64,000 nucleotides of DNA from Sedimentisphaerales bacterium (GTDB taxonomy: Bacteria > Planctomycetota > Phycisphaerae > Sedimentisphaerales > SM23-30): positions 160,001 to 224,000 of the forward strand of contig CAXXFK010000030.1 of assembly GCA_963663965.2 (NCBI GenBank). Reading direction: 5' to 3'. Positions 1 through 10,582 of the stretch are shown one piece after another; the stretch's first letter is position 1, and each line of letters starts with the position of its first letter. The position numbers were made by a program, and so were the translations under genes. The notes below the pieces were generated by a model that searched no databases, was not told the DNA's origin, and saw only the letters and a program-made list of their open reading frames with translations.

Positions 1-1
1 A

Positions 2-193
2 TATAGCACGCCGCTGCCGGAAAACTGGGACAGAGTGGTTCATGCTAATCTCAGTGAGAAGGATTGTGAGCGTTTTCAAAACGCGATCCGGCGGGGCTGT
101 CCGTTGGGAGATGCGGGCTGGACAGAAAAGATTGCCGCCCAATTCGAGTTAGAGTCGACTCTGCGGCCCAGAGGAAGGCCGAGATCGACTTAA
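2..193 (+). mobile_element. 3' end of a REP-associated tyrosine transposase (RAYT/Y1_Tnp), truncated by window edge
   Basis: Frame +2 reads ...ERFQNAIRRGCPLGDAGWTEKIAAQFELESTLRPRGRPRST*, the typical C-terminus (RG.P.G...W...LRPRGRP) of this RAYT subgroup; followed directly by AAAAGGTTCCTGACCCTTTT. Confidence 0.75.
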
Positions 194-240
194 AAGGTTC
201 CTGACCCTTTTACTCTCTGACCCTTTTACTCTTTTACTGA
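192..240 (+). repeat. REP-like motif cluster (GGTTCCTGACCCTTTT and degenerate tandem copies)
   Basis: CTGACCCTTTTAC occurs twice in tandem; related copies at 1062-1077 (inverted), 1090-1121 and 1748-1761 (inverted). Confidence 0.7.
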
Positions 241-441
241 CCTAGTGGAAAAATTGGATTGCTTGGCAATAGTATATTAGGTTATCATATGGATACTAAT
301 GCAACCTATGCTATGGGAATATCTCAGATAGGAGTGTCAATGACCTTATTAGAAGCTGCTTCAGGTTTGTCAGGGGGCAATTTGGGTTCGGGTGCTGAAG
401 CAGCGGCTACAGCTTGGGTAGATTATTGGGCTAATCTTTAG
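241..441 (+). pseudogene. Headless ORF fragment, possibly an orphan polymorphic-toxin C-terminus
   Basis: Open frame from 241 (PSGKIGLLGNS...VDYWANL*) begins at the REP motif with no convincing start or RBS; Gly/Ala-rich and hydrophobic. Confidence 0.35.
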
Positions 442-495
442 GCATGAAACATTTGTCTCCGCAATATTTTCATTCGTCCAATAAGGGAAATATGT

Positions 496-951
496 ATGAT
501 TAAAAGAAAACACAAAAAGAGTTTAATTTGGGATGGGATTTTTTGGGTTATGATTTTATATATATTTTTATATTTTATGGAAAATCTGTTTGAAAATTAT
601 TTCTGTGTCACTATTCCAGATTTTGTTACAGTAATTTTGTGCCATGCATTCATGCTGGTTTATTTATTGGTATCAATTCGTAATATTCAAAATAGAAATA
701 CCAATACCAGCCTAACCGAGAAGGTAGAATCATCACCAAAACTTAAAATCCTGAATGTAATATTAATATATATTTGTATTGTTATATTTTGTATTTTAGG
801 AAATTATTTTTTCTCCATTTTTATTGATGTTCCCAGGCTTGACCAACTTAGCATGGTGTCTTTTCCGCTGGTATTTGTTTGCTTATTATTTTCAAAGTAC
901 TTATCAGTAGATAGCCTAAACAACGATTTACACGTTAGCAATAAAAAATGA
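496..951 (+). CDS. AT-rich 4-TM membrane protein (possible immunity protein)
   Basis: 151 aa with four hydrophobic segments; very low GC relative to neighbours. Confidence 0.6.
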   Translation: MIKRKHKKSLIWDGIFWVMILYIFLYFMENLFENYFCVTIPDFVTVILCHAFMLVYLLVSIRNIQNRNTNTSLTEKVESSPKLKILNVILIYICIVIFCILGNYFFSIFIDVPRLDQLSMVSFPLVFVCLLFSKYLSVDSLNNDLHVSNKK

Positions 952-1205
952 GATTAAGTAATAAACTTCCAATTGGGTTTAAGTATTATTTGTTTCACCA
1001 GCCTTTCTCCTCAACCAATCTTATTGGGCTCTTTGAGTTCCAAGAATTCAAGAATTAAAGAAGTCAGGAACCCTTAAGCTACCGCCATTTGTTCCTGACC
1101 TCTTTAAAATCGACCCCTTTAAATTCTCCCCGATTCAATTCGTGAAGAATACCGAGTATTGAGTTATAATGAAATAAAAGCACTTGCAAAAGAAATGTTT
1201 AATAA

Positions 1206-1718
1206 ATGACTATAAATAGCCTTACAGTTGAAGAGTGTAAAAGTCAGATAAATAAGTTGATTGGACTACCGATGAGTCGTGCAATTGCAGGCATCAATAC
1301 GGGTTCAGTTGTATCGTTTGATTTCGGAAAAATAACAAAAATGCCTTTTGAATTTCAGAAGAATAAAGCTCATTTCCGTGGTGAGATTTGCATGATGGTG
1401 TGCTGCCCTTGGCGGATTGAAAGCGATACAAATATTGTGTGTGGTTCAGGAGATTCGAACGAAAAAAAAGGACCGATGATTAAAGGATTAGATGACCTTA
1501 AAGGAAAATATGTTCAGGAAATAATGTTTAATACATTTCTTGATATTTCAATAGTATTTGAAGGTGGTTATGTGTTAAAGGTATTTTGCGATAATATTTC
1601 GGATGATGATTATGAAAGTTGTTACTTTTTCCTTTTCGAGGAGGATCTTCTTTGTGTTTCGGTAAGAGGAAATGGTAATATTTGGTCCGATGAAATTGTA
1701 AGAGACAACAGAAAATGA
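1206..1718 (+). CDS. Hypothetical protein, immunity-protein-like
   Basis: 170 aa AT-rich ORF (CPWRIE, L.I.FE.GY.LKVF); ATGA overlap with the stop of an upstream headless frame (1129-1209). Confidence 0.6.
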   Translation: MTINSLTVEECKSQINKLIGLPMSRAIAGINTGSVVSFDFGKITKMPFEFQKNKAHFRGEICMMVCCPWRIESDTNIVCGSGDSNEKKGPMIKGLDDLKGKYVQEIMFNTFLDISIVFEGGYVLKVFCDNISDDDYESCYFFLFEEDLLCVSVRGNGNIWSDEIVRDNRK

Positions 1719-1802
1719 GGGGAATTAAATGGAGAGGAATTAAAGTAGGCAGGAACCTTTTAGGTTGACAGGGTGCTGAGATGGTACCTGGATAGGGTGA
1801 TC

Positions 1803-1955
1803 ATGCCACGAGCAAAGCGCAAAAGTTATGGCGGTTATCTTTACCCTGTACTCAACCGGGCGAATGGCCGGCTGCGGATTTTTCGCAAGGCCGGCGATTT
1901 TGCGGCGTTTGAGGCCGTTCTCGGCGAGGGCCAGGAGCGGACGGGGAGAGGATGA
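1803..1955 (+). pseudogene. Truncated RAYT transposase, N-terminal fragment
   Basis: MPRAKRKSYGGYLYPVLNRANGRLRIFRKAGDFAAFEAVL matches the RAYT N-terminus (MPR..R...G..YHVLNR.N.R..IF...D...F); stops after ~50 aa; preceded by an inverted REP motif. Confidence 0.7.
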
Positions 1956-2019
1956 GGCGTATTTGAATTGCCGAGGGGGTTGGGGTAAGGCGGGAGATAA
2001 GGGTTGAGCATATAACGGC

Positions 2020-3010
2020 CGGTTTATCCGCAGATGATGCAGATAAAAATTAGTTAAGATATTGAAATATAAGAAGATATAACCACGGAAAAACGCGGAA
2101 AGGCACGGAAGAAAAGCGGGTGGCTGCGCCACGATTTAAATGGGTTATTACCACAGAGGTCAGGAGGGCACAGAGGATGAGGAGCAGGGAAGAATAAAAG
2201 CTTTTTAGACAGGATCATCCCGATCCCGATGGCTCGGGATTTCGCTTTGCTCAATATCCGGGACTTTCAGCCGATTGACAGGATTAAATGGGAATCCATA
2301 TAAAATATAACAGCCTTATGAACCGCAGATAAACGCAGATGGACGCAGATAAAAACTGGTTTATGTTATTATAATAAAAGAAGTTAGAATCACGGAATAT
2401 GCGGAATACCTGGGGCGGGCAAGCCGCAACCCAATTAAACAGCTGAACCACGAATCCCGATGAATCGGGACGAATGGACGCGAATAAGAGCCAGAGGCCT
2501 GATCAGGATATCGTTTAAAACTGAAACTTCGATTCAACCAGGAAAGCAATAACTTGTTTTTCAATAAATGGTTATCAGTTCAAAGACAAATAAACACGCA
2601 TAAAAAACAAGAATATGAAGGATTGTAGTACGGAAGAAGAAAATATCATACATTTTCACCGTATAGTAAGTGAAGGGAGTCCTGATGAATATCGGGATAA
2701 ATTCCGGAACGGCCGAAGAGATGAAAAAAGCACTGAAGCGTGAACTCCGAACGGGCCGGGAACTGGCGGTCCGCCTGAGGCGGATCTTCGACTCTTCGGG
2801 CTTCACTGATGTGAATGTGGGCTGATTGATATTGTTAAATTGATGGGATTGCAGGCCGAGGAAAAGGGGGGAGATGAGATTTGAAATAAAGATAAATAGG
2901 GGGAAGGAAAAGGGCAACCACGGGGGGTTGCCCGTACGTGGAGGATGGGATTTGGGGGATTGCGTGGCGGCACGGACGGGCACGGACGGAACACGGACAA
3001 ACACAGGATG
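2020..3010. repeat. Non-coding region with degenerate 9-11-mer tandem triplets and short palindromes
   Basis: e.g. CGCAGATAAA-CGCAGATGGA-CGCAGATAAA (2324-2353), CACGGAAAAA-CGCGGAAAGG-CACGGAA, CACGGACGGG-CACGGACGGAA-CACGGAC. Confidence 0.65.
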
Positions 3011-3127
3011 GGGATGGAGGGGGGGATGGATTTTGGGGATTGCGTGGGGGTGGGGGTTGTGGTACAACTGGGGGGTGTTTTTTTGTGTGGTAGACATTAT
3101 GGATAGGCGAATTTATGCATAGACAGG

Positions 3128-4772
3128 ATGGCTGTTATGAAGATGATTGGATTGAACAGGCGGATGGCGGCGGTCTGTGGGCTGATGATGGTGATGATTG
3201 GATCGGTGTGGGCGGAACGGGTGCGGGTTGGGGGTGGTGAGTTGGAAGGAACGATTAATCAGGATAGCGGGATATTTGAATTTAAGGGGGTGCCGTTTGC
3301 TCAGCCGCCGGTGGGCGAGTTGCGCTGGCGGGAGCCGCAGCCGGTGACCGGCTGGGAGGGTGTGCGGCGGGCGGACCAGTTCGGGCCGCGGGCGATGCAG
3401 TTATCGGTGTTTGGCGATATGAAGTTCCGGTCGGATGGTATGAGTGAGGATTGTCTGTATCTGAATATCTGGACGCCGAAGCTGGGCGCAGGCGCGAAGC
3501 TGCCGGTGCTGGTGTATTTTTATGGCGGGGGTTTCATTGCCGGTGCTGGATCGGAAGGGCGGTATGATGGGCATAGTATGGCGACGAAGGGGATGGTGGC
3601 GGTGACGGTGAATTACCGGCTGGGAGTGTTTGGTTTTTTCGCGCATCCGGAGCTGTCGAAAGAGTCGGCGCAGGGAGCGTCGGGGAATTATGGATTGCTG
3701 GATCAGGCAGCGGCGTTGAAATGGGTGTATGAGAATATCGCAGCGCTGGGTGGGGATCCCAAACGGATTACGATCGCGGGTGAATCGGCCGGCTCGATTT
3801 CGGTGAGCGCGCAGCTGGTGTCGCCGCTGTCGAAGGGGATGATCGCCGGGGCGATTGGGGAAAGCGGTTCGATCCTGGGGGCGTTGCCGGCGATCCCGCT
3901 GGCGGAGGCGGAGGTGAAGGGTTTGGAACTGGCCAAGAAGCTGGGCCAGGATGGGGCGTTGTCATTGGCGGCGCTACGGGCGATGGATGGCGAGACCTTA
4001 TTGGGGAGGTGACGAAGGCGGGCTTCATGTGGTTTAATCCGACGGTGGATGGTTATCTGCTGCCGGAGGATCCGTTTGCGTTGTACGCGGCCGGTCAGCA
4101 GGCGCAGGCGCCGCTACTGGCGGGAGTGAATTCGCAGGAGTCGGATTATAAGGCGGTGTTGGGTAACGCGGAACCGACGGTGGCGAATTATCGCGCGGCG
4201 CTGGAGCGGCTGTACCCGGGTCAGGGCGAGCGGTTGTTTGAGGTGTATGGCGCGGCGACGGAGGATGAGGTGATGGACGCGGCGATGGCCCTGGCGGGGG
4301 ACCGGTTTATCAGTCAGAGCACCTGGCGGTGGATCGACCGGGTGACGAAGACGGGCGCTCAGAAGACGTTTTATTACCTGTATGCCCGGCCGCGGCCGGT
4401 GATGCGGGCGGAGATGGGCAATCTGATCGCGGGTCTGGCCGGGGGTGTGATGAAGAATCCGGATCCGCAGGCCAAGCCGCAGCCCCAGTCGCGCGGCGCA
4501 GTGCATTCGGCGGAGATCGAATACGCGCTGGGGAACCTGGGTTATAATGAGCGTGTATGCCTGGACGGAGGAAGATCATGAGATTTCGCGGCAAATGCAG
4601 GCGTACTTTGTGAACTTTATCAAGACGGGGAATCCGAACGGGGCGGGATTGCCGGAGTGGCCGGTGTTCAAGAAGGGACAACGGCTGGTGATCGATGTGA
4701 AGACGCCGCGCGGAGAGCGTTGAACGGTTGCGGAAGCGGTATGATCTGCTGGAGGAGCTGGCCAAGCCATAA
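3128..4772 (+). pseudogene. Secreted type-B carboxylesterase with three single-base frameshifts
   Basis: FKGVPFAQPPVGELRW, SEDCLYLNIW, GESAG nucleophile, GAVHSAEI His; frame breaks near 4006, 4551 and 4706; the shifted frames continue VYAWTEEDHEISRQMQAYFVNFIKTGNPN and RAESVERLRKRYDLLEELAKP*. Confidence 0.85.
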
Positions 4773-4814
4773 GGGCGGATTGAAGAGACAACAACGCCGG
4801 GTGATACCCGTCGA

Positions 4815-7184
4815 TTAGAAGCGGTAGGCCAGGCTCAGGCCGATGGCGGTGGCGTGGCTGCGAAAGGCGCCGCTGGAGAGGTAGTTGCGTTTGTTGAAAT
4901 CATCGTTGAACAGGCCGAGCAGGTTGTAGCCATCGATGCGGCAGGTGAGGTTTTCGATGGGTTGATATTGCAGGCCCAGGTTGAGATAGTAGTTGCCGCG
5001 ATAGCCGCGCTGCCAGTCCGGTTCGACCGGGGCCAGGCCGCCTGTGGAGGCGTAGCGGTATTCGTTGTAGTCTTTGAGGCCGGGGAAGCCCCAGTAGACG
5101 CGCATGGAGCCATCCAGGGTCCACTGGTCATTAAGTTGCTGATGGGCGGTCAGTTTGGTGATATGGTTGGACCAGAGGGTCAGGTCTTTGCCGTAGCCAT
5201 AGGGGTAGGCAGAAATTAAGGTATCGGCATTATCGCCCAGGTTGAAATCATAGAGTTTGGTAAAGCCGTGCGAGAGACCCAGCCGGGTTCGTTGCGTATG
5301 ATAATACGCTTCGAGGTCCAGGCCGTAATCGCGTTGCGTGCCGACATTGACCACGCTGGCGCTGGCATCGCTGTAGCCCATCAATTCCAGGTTGTAATGG
5401 ACAAAGGGATTGACGGCCACGTCGAAGCGATCGTTGCACTTTCGTTCGTAGCGGAATTCGAGGCTGTCGAGTTTTTCGGGGGCGCTGTCCGTGGCGCCAT
5501 CCAGCATGTTGGCGACTTTCATTTCCTCTTCGAAGTTGGAGCGGACGGAGCGGGCCCAGATCCATTTGAGGGTATCTTTTTCGGTGGGGGTATATATCAA
5601 CGCGCCGCGCGGTGAGAACATCGGATCGGTGTAGGTGTGTTTATCGATCCGGGCGCTGATGAAGGTGGTCCATTGATCGGAGAGGGTCCACTGGTGTTCG
5701 CCCATGGCGGAAACCAAATTGGTGGACCATTGGGGCATATCCAGCTGGTTACCGGAGAACCGTTCGGTCGTCGAATCGCCATTCTGCGGCCAGGCGAGGC
5801 TGTCCAGGCCCAGTTCATTGTGGGCGAGTTCGCCACCCAACGCGATTTTATGATGGTCGTTAATCTCCCGGCGATAGATGGCCTTGAGCTGATAGCGGTC
5901 TTCGCGGTAACAGTGGGCCAGGGCGTCCTGTGTCCAGATTTCGGTATCGGTGAGGGTGTAGCTGAACGAGGTGTCGAGGGTGGCGTTGTCTGACAGTTCC
6001 GTATTTTTTCCGGCGAACAGGGTGGCCTGCTGATACCCGTATCCCTGTTGCTGCAGCGGCTGAACCCAGTCGGCCCAGCCGTAGGGGTCGCGAGCCAGGA
6101 CCCCGTTTTCCCAGACCATCTGTTTACCGCCGAGGGTGTAACGGCCCCAGAAGGTCCAGTCCTCGCGTTTGATTTCGGTATAGAGTTTCATGGGCGGGAC
6201 GCCGCGATGCGATTCGCCGTCGTTGTTCAGGCCAATGCCGAGCATGGGATCGCCGGCCCGGGTTCCATCACCGGGCAGGTGGGCCGGTCCGGTATTGACG
6301 CCCCAATCCGGATTCCACCAGGAGTAGTTGGATTCGGTGGGGAAATCAAAGCCGTAGATCTGCGGCGCGTCGTGGGTGGTGGCGCCGTTATATTTGCCGA
6401 TCCCGAGATAAAGGAACAGACCGCCGCCGCCATCGTTAAACTGGCGGCCGTGGCGGATTTCGGTGGAATAGAATTCTTCGATGATGCCGGCGCGCGTGGT
6501 GATATCGGTGCCCTGGAAGGTATCGGAGTTGAAGGTGGTAATATTGATGACCATCGAGACGGCGCCGGGTCCGTAGAGCGAGGAACCGGGCCCGCGGACG
6601 ATGTCGATATGATGGATGTCTTTCAGGTGAACAAGATCTTTTTCGGTCAGGGCGCCATAATGGGTTCGTTCATTCATCATCACCCCATTGACCAGGAGCA
6701 GGTATTTATCATCCCGGTCGCCCATAATACCGCGCAGGCCCATGACATCGGCTTCCCAGTTATGCCGTCGCCATTGCAGGTTGGGGACGTAGATGTCGAG
6801 CAGTTCGAACAGGCTGCGGGCGCCGGCGGCCTGGATATCCTCGGCGGTGATGGTGGTGACGGCGGCGGGGGCCAGGCGGGGGCTGACCGAGGTGAGTGAG
6901 GCTGACGATCCGACTTCCACCTGCATCAATTCCTCCAGGGACATATCCAATAAATCGGCGCTGGCGGCATCATCCCGGGTTGGACGGTTTTGTTCGGAAT
7001 CGATCGTATCGGACGATGTGGTTTGTGCAGATGCCATTGAAGTGATGGATAGTAATTGTGGCACTGAACCGAAAGTGAACAAGATCCAGCTGATCAGCAG
7101 GGCGAACCCGCAAAGGATTCGGTGGGGATTCTGTGACAGCAAGCAGTGTTTTTTGCCGGTAATCCGGTTGACTGGGTGGCTCAT
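4815..7184 (-). CDS. TonB-dependent outer-membrane receptor
   Basis: LLDMSLEELM, plug motif IDIVRGPGSSLYGPGAVSMVINITT, C-terminal LAYRF. Confidence 0.9.
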   Translation of the reverse strand: MSHPVNRITGKKHCLLSQNPHRILCGFALLISWILFTFGSVPQLLSITSMASAQTTSSDTIDSEQNRPTRDDAASADLLDMSLEELMQVEVGSSASLTSVSPRLAPAAVTTITAEDIQAAGARSLFELLDIYVPNLQWRRHNWEADVMGLRGIMGDRDDKYLLLVNGVMMNERTHYGALTEKDLVHLKDIHHIDIVRGPGSSLYGPGAVSMVINITTFNSDTFQGTDITTRAGIIEEFYSTEIRHGRQFNDGGGGLFLYLGIGKYNGATTHDAPQIYGFDFPTESNYSWWNPDWGVNTGPAHLPGDGTRAGDPMLGIGLNNDGESHRGVPPMKLYTEIKREDWTFWGRYTLGGKQMVWENGVLARDPYGWADWVQPLQQQGYGYQQATLFAGKNTELSDNATLDTSFSYTLTDTEIWTQDALAHCYREDRYQLKAIYRREINDHHKIALGGELAHNELGLDSLAWPQNGDSTTERFSGNQLDMPQWSTNLVSAMGEHQWTLSDQWTTFISARIDKHTYTDPMFSPRGALIYTPTEKDTLKWIWARSVRSNFEEEMKVANMLDGATDSAPEKLDSLEFRYERKCNDRFDVAVNPFVHYNLELMGYSDASASVVNVGTQRDYGLDLEAYYHTQRTRLGLSHGFTKLYDFNLGDNADTLISAYPYGYGKDLTLWSNHITKLTAHQQLNDQWTLDGSMRVYWGFPGLKDYNEYRYASTGGLAPVEPDWQRGYRGNYYLNLGLQYQPIENLTCRIDGYNLLGLFNDDFNKRNYLSSGAFRSHATAIGLSLAYRF

Positions 7185-7479
7185 CTTAACATCTCTCTAT
7201 TTGACTTTTCATCCTAACAGGGGAAATGGGTACACAGATTATATCGAGTTAATTTTCAGGCCGGTTAAATGGTGGTTGAATTTCTGGTCACTTTGAACCG
7301 GTCCGAATGAGGTGGCCGATAATAACCGGTGGTATCGGGTAGAGAGCGGGTCTTGCCGGGTTGGCGGGAAGGTCATGATTGGAAAAAATAGCCGGACAAG
7401 AAAGGTATCGGACGTAAATAGCGAAGCGGGATTTTTATTGTGTTTCGGAAAGGGGGCGGCGGTCCGGGATTTTCGTTTT

Positions 7480-9033
7480 TTAATTGCGTAAATACTGGAG
7501 TCGCGGCGGGAGGGGGATGTTGTTGCCGAAGTTGTCTTCGCCGTAGCCGTTTTCGGCGAGGAGGCGGATATCGTTCAGGACGCGTTTATCGCCGATGAAG
7601 GTGACGGTCAGTTCGGTCTGGATATCGATTTTGCCGAGCGCCTGCATGCGGGCCAGTTCTTCGGTGATGCGCTGGAGCGGGGCGGCGTCGGCGATATCGT
7701 TTAATTTTTCGGGGAAGACCAGGGGCTGTTCGTAGAGGACCATTTTGCCCATTTCGGCCAGGGTAAGAATGATGCCGCGCAGGATGTCTTCGAGCGGGCG
7801 TTGGACGCGGTCTTCGGGCACCAGATGGAGTCTGACAATTTCACTGCTGAGCCATTTACGTTTGCGGGCGTTGATCTTTTCGTTGACGCGGAAGATATCC
7901 ATGGGCGAGCCGGCGTTGTAGGACTGGCCTTCAAGTTCCATGCAGACATCGCTGCCATAGTGCATGACGATGCGCGCCACCAGGGTAGAGGGCCGGACAT
8001 GAAAGCCGCGATAGCGCGGCACGGACACTTCGATATTGTCGACCTCGGTATAGCGTTTGAGCATATTCTGGCAGAGTTGCTGGGCGGCGGTCTGGTAGCG
8101 TTCGGCGTAATGGATGGCGTATTCGATCAGCAGGGTGAGCAGTTGATCGGGATCGACCAGGAGTTTTTTGATGTCTTCGCGCGTACCGCTGTGGAGGTGG
8201 ATATGCCGTTCGAAGTAATGGGCGAACTGGGTGGCCACCTGGAGCAGGTGGAAGATCACGCTGACATGGCCGCGCAGGACGGGCAGATCGACGTCGTAGA
8301 TTTCGGTGCGGGTTTCGGAGACATAGGTGTCGTAGAGCGATTGCAGGTTGTGGAATTTATGCTGAAGATCGCGCAGGTTTTTTTCGCTGATGGGATCGGG
8401 GATAAAGGCATGATAATCGACAACATCTTTTTTGGAGGTTTTGACCAGTTTGCTTTCGGCGGCCAGATTGAGGAAGGCGGTGGCGAGCAGGGTAACGGTT
8501 TTTTCCACGGAGTTGGCCTGGCGGGATTGGCGGTCCTGGGGGAGTTGTCCGGTGGGGAGTTGTTCGACGTAGTAGGTATCGTGCTGCATGGGCAGGGGGG
8601 CGGGCAGGCCGAGAGTATCGCCCAGGTGCAGGAGGCTATCGCAAATGGCGTAGAGCGTGCTCCAGCAGAACCCAAGGGTGCGTGAGGTGGCCAGGACAAA
8701 ATCTTCATCGATATCCATCAGGCGATAGTTCGGGATCCGGTGAAAGATATGCTTGAGTTCGTAGGTGACATCGGCGAAGAGTTTGATGGCGGCGATACAG
8801 GAGCGCAGGGGATACCAGCGAAGGTTGTTTTTGGCGCCGTAGCTGTCCAGAAGTTCTTCGATCTGCATGGCCTGGGAGAGCATTTCGCCCAGCAGCGGCC
8901 GGGTCAGGCGGCCGGGATCGGTGCAGAAATCGAGGTAGTATCGACTGACTCGCAACAGCCGGGTGGTTCGACTGGAAATGACTTCCAGGAAATCTTCTTC
9001 CTGAAGCGTTTTGGTGACAAACATTTTAGGCAT
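7480..9033 (-). CDS. Large HPr-domain phosphocarrier-like protein
   Basis: GFHVRPSTLVARIVMHYGSDV (HPr His15 motif) and NAGSPM (Ser46-like) after a ~330 aa helical N-terminal region. Confidence 0.75.
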   Translation of the reverse strand: MPKMFVTKTLQEEDFLEVISSRTTRLLRVSRYYLDFCTDPGRLTRPLLGEMLSQAMQIEELLDSYGAKNNLRWYPLRSCIAAIKLFADVTYELKHIFHRIPNYRLMDIDEDFVLATSRTLGFCWSTLYAICDSLLHLGDTLGLPAPLPMQHDTYYVEQLPTGQLPQDRQSRQANSVEKTVTLLATAFLNLAAESKLVKTSKKDVVDYHAFIPDPISEKNLRDLQHKFHNLQSLYDTYVSETRTEIYDVDLPVLRGHVSVIFHLLQVATQFAHYFERHIHLHSGTREDIKKLLVDPDQLLTLLIEYAIHYAERYQTAAQQLCQNMLKRYTEVDNIEVSVPRYRGFHVRPSTLVARIVMHYGSDVCMELEGQSYNAGSPMDIFRVNEKINARKRKWLSSEIVRLHLVPEDRVQRPLEDILRGIILTLAEMGKMVLYEQPLVFPEKLNDIADAAPLQRITEELARMQALGKIDIQTELTVTFIGDKRVLNDIRLLAENGYGEDNFGNNIPLPPRLQYLRN

Positions 9034-9540
9034 AAGGCGTTGACTCTCAACCAGGCTTATTCAATTAAAGTATCCCATTTCTCAAGAATACCATATATCA
9101 TAATCATTCGGTAAGATTTATAATCGACATTATTTTTAATCGACAATTATACCGCGGGCTTTATGTCAATTAGTTACTGGTAATAAAGGAATTAGCAAAA
9201 TTAACCCTTTAAATTGGCCTAAATCCAGGATGATTGGGGCAATCTCACCCCAAGGATTCCCCGGGTTTGAAATTAATTGAATGCCAGCCGGGATCCGCGG
9301 AATCCGCCTGATTTGTAAATACTGGAATAAGGCATATTGTTTATATTGTGGGATTAAATATTTGATATTGTTTATGTCATATTAGAATTATGGGCTATGC
9401 AAACAGGTCTGATTTCATCAGGAGATTCACCGGAATTTTGCTGGTCTGGTCTGGCGATTGAGCCTATAATACCGCCACGAAACTGGAATGGCCGCCAGAG
9501 CAGAGCGGCCTTAACCTTACAAGACAGATTGGAGAGACAG

Positions 9541-10011
9541 ATGTTTGAACGGTACACGGAGAACGCGCGCAATGTTTTGAATCGGGCCAGCCAGGAGGCC
9601 CAGAAAATGCATCATGATCATATCGGCACGGAACACATCCTGCTGGGATTGATCGAAGTCAAAGCGGGCGTGGCGGCCAAGGTCTTTGAACACCGCAACC
9701 TGGATCTGCCTCACGCTATCGAACAAGTGGCCCTGCTGGCCCAGAACGGTCCGGAGGCCGAAGGTCACGATTGTGAAGTCCTGCCGCGGACGGTGCATGC
9801 CCAGAGCCTGCTGGATGACGCGGTTCAGGAAGCGCGCGCGTTGAAGCACAATTATATCGGTACGGAACATATCCTGCTGGGGTTGCTGCATGAGAATGAA
9901 GGCACCGGCGCGCAGGTGATCCGCAATCTTGGTTTCAAGCTGGACGATATCCGTCAGGATGTCCTGCATCTGTTTGACCGGGACGATACGCTGAAGGCGG
10001 AACATAGCTGA
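9541..10011 (+). CDS. Stand-alone Clp amino-terminal (ClpC-N) repeat protein
   Basis: MFERYTENAR start, two HxxIGTEHILLGL repeats, no AAA module; GGAGAG RBS before ATG 9541. Confidence 0.9.
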   Translation: MFERYTENARNVLNRASQEAQKMHHDHIGTEHILLGLIEVKAGVAAKVFEHRNLDLPHAIEQVALLAQNGPEAEGHDCEVLPRTVHAQSLLDDAVQEARALKHNYIGTEHILLGLLHENEGTGAQVIRNLGFKLDDIRQDVLHLFDRDDTLKAEHS

Positions 10012-10582
10012 TCGTTGATGATCTATCCAATCACCTAGTTTGCTAAGTTAAACAGAACGATTTCATTTTATTTCGTCTTTTTCAGATAAAGGCTATATCC
10101 TTCCGGGACAGCATTCGTCTAAAAGATTGAATTGGCCGAGATAGCCGTTTTCTGTCAATTTTCATTACAAGCCAGGTAGTCGTGTTCCGATAAGCTGAGT
10201 TTTCCAGTCATCGGTGGGATAGTCCTCCTGGGATCGGGATTATTGTAATATGCCCCCTTAACTCATTGGGGTCAAAGCGGATACCTTGATAACACCGACC
10301 GCCATTCGGGAAGACGCCTGCGGCTTTGCTTCAGATACCGGGGTTGACCTGTTTTGAACCTGGGTTACCGGATGGGGTCTGTTGGCGGCTTGAATGTGAC
10401 CCGGGTCTTCATCATACGGGATAATTGGCTAGAATTCGAGACTAAATCCTGCTATACTTACAGGTAGATAGCAGACATGGCGGGTAAGTCTTACCGGTCG
10501 TGCCATCGTGATCTGGCGTATCGAATTACCGGCACAATAAAACCAGGGAATCCCAAGGTATTTTTTGCAAAGGATAAGAAAA

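Noticed and set aside
2020..3010. CRISPR array
   Set aside because: No constant 23-47 bp repeat with regular unique spacers; no cas genes
2561..3122. ORFs of 178/82/65 aa in the repeat region
   Set aside because: Low-complexity products arising from G-rich repeats; no protein-like motifs
9334..9375. Direct repeat ATATTGTTTAT x2 upstream of the Clp-N gene
   Set aside because: Could be an operator, but two 11-mers in AT-rich DNA is too weak to call
10012..10580. Riboswitch in the long leader of the GLUG gene
   Set aside because: No recognisable aptamer consensus by eye; would need an Infernal scan
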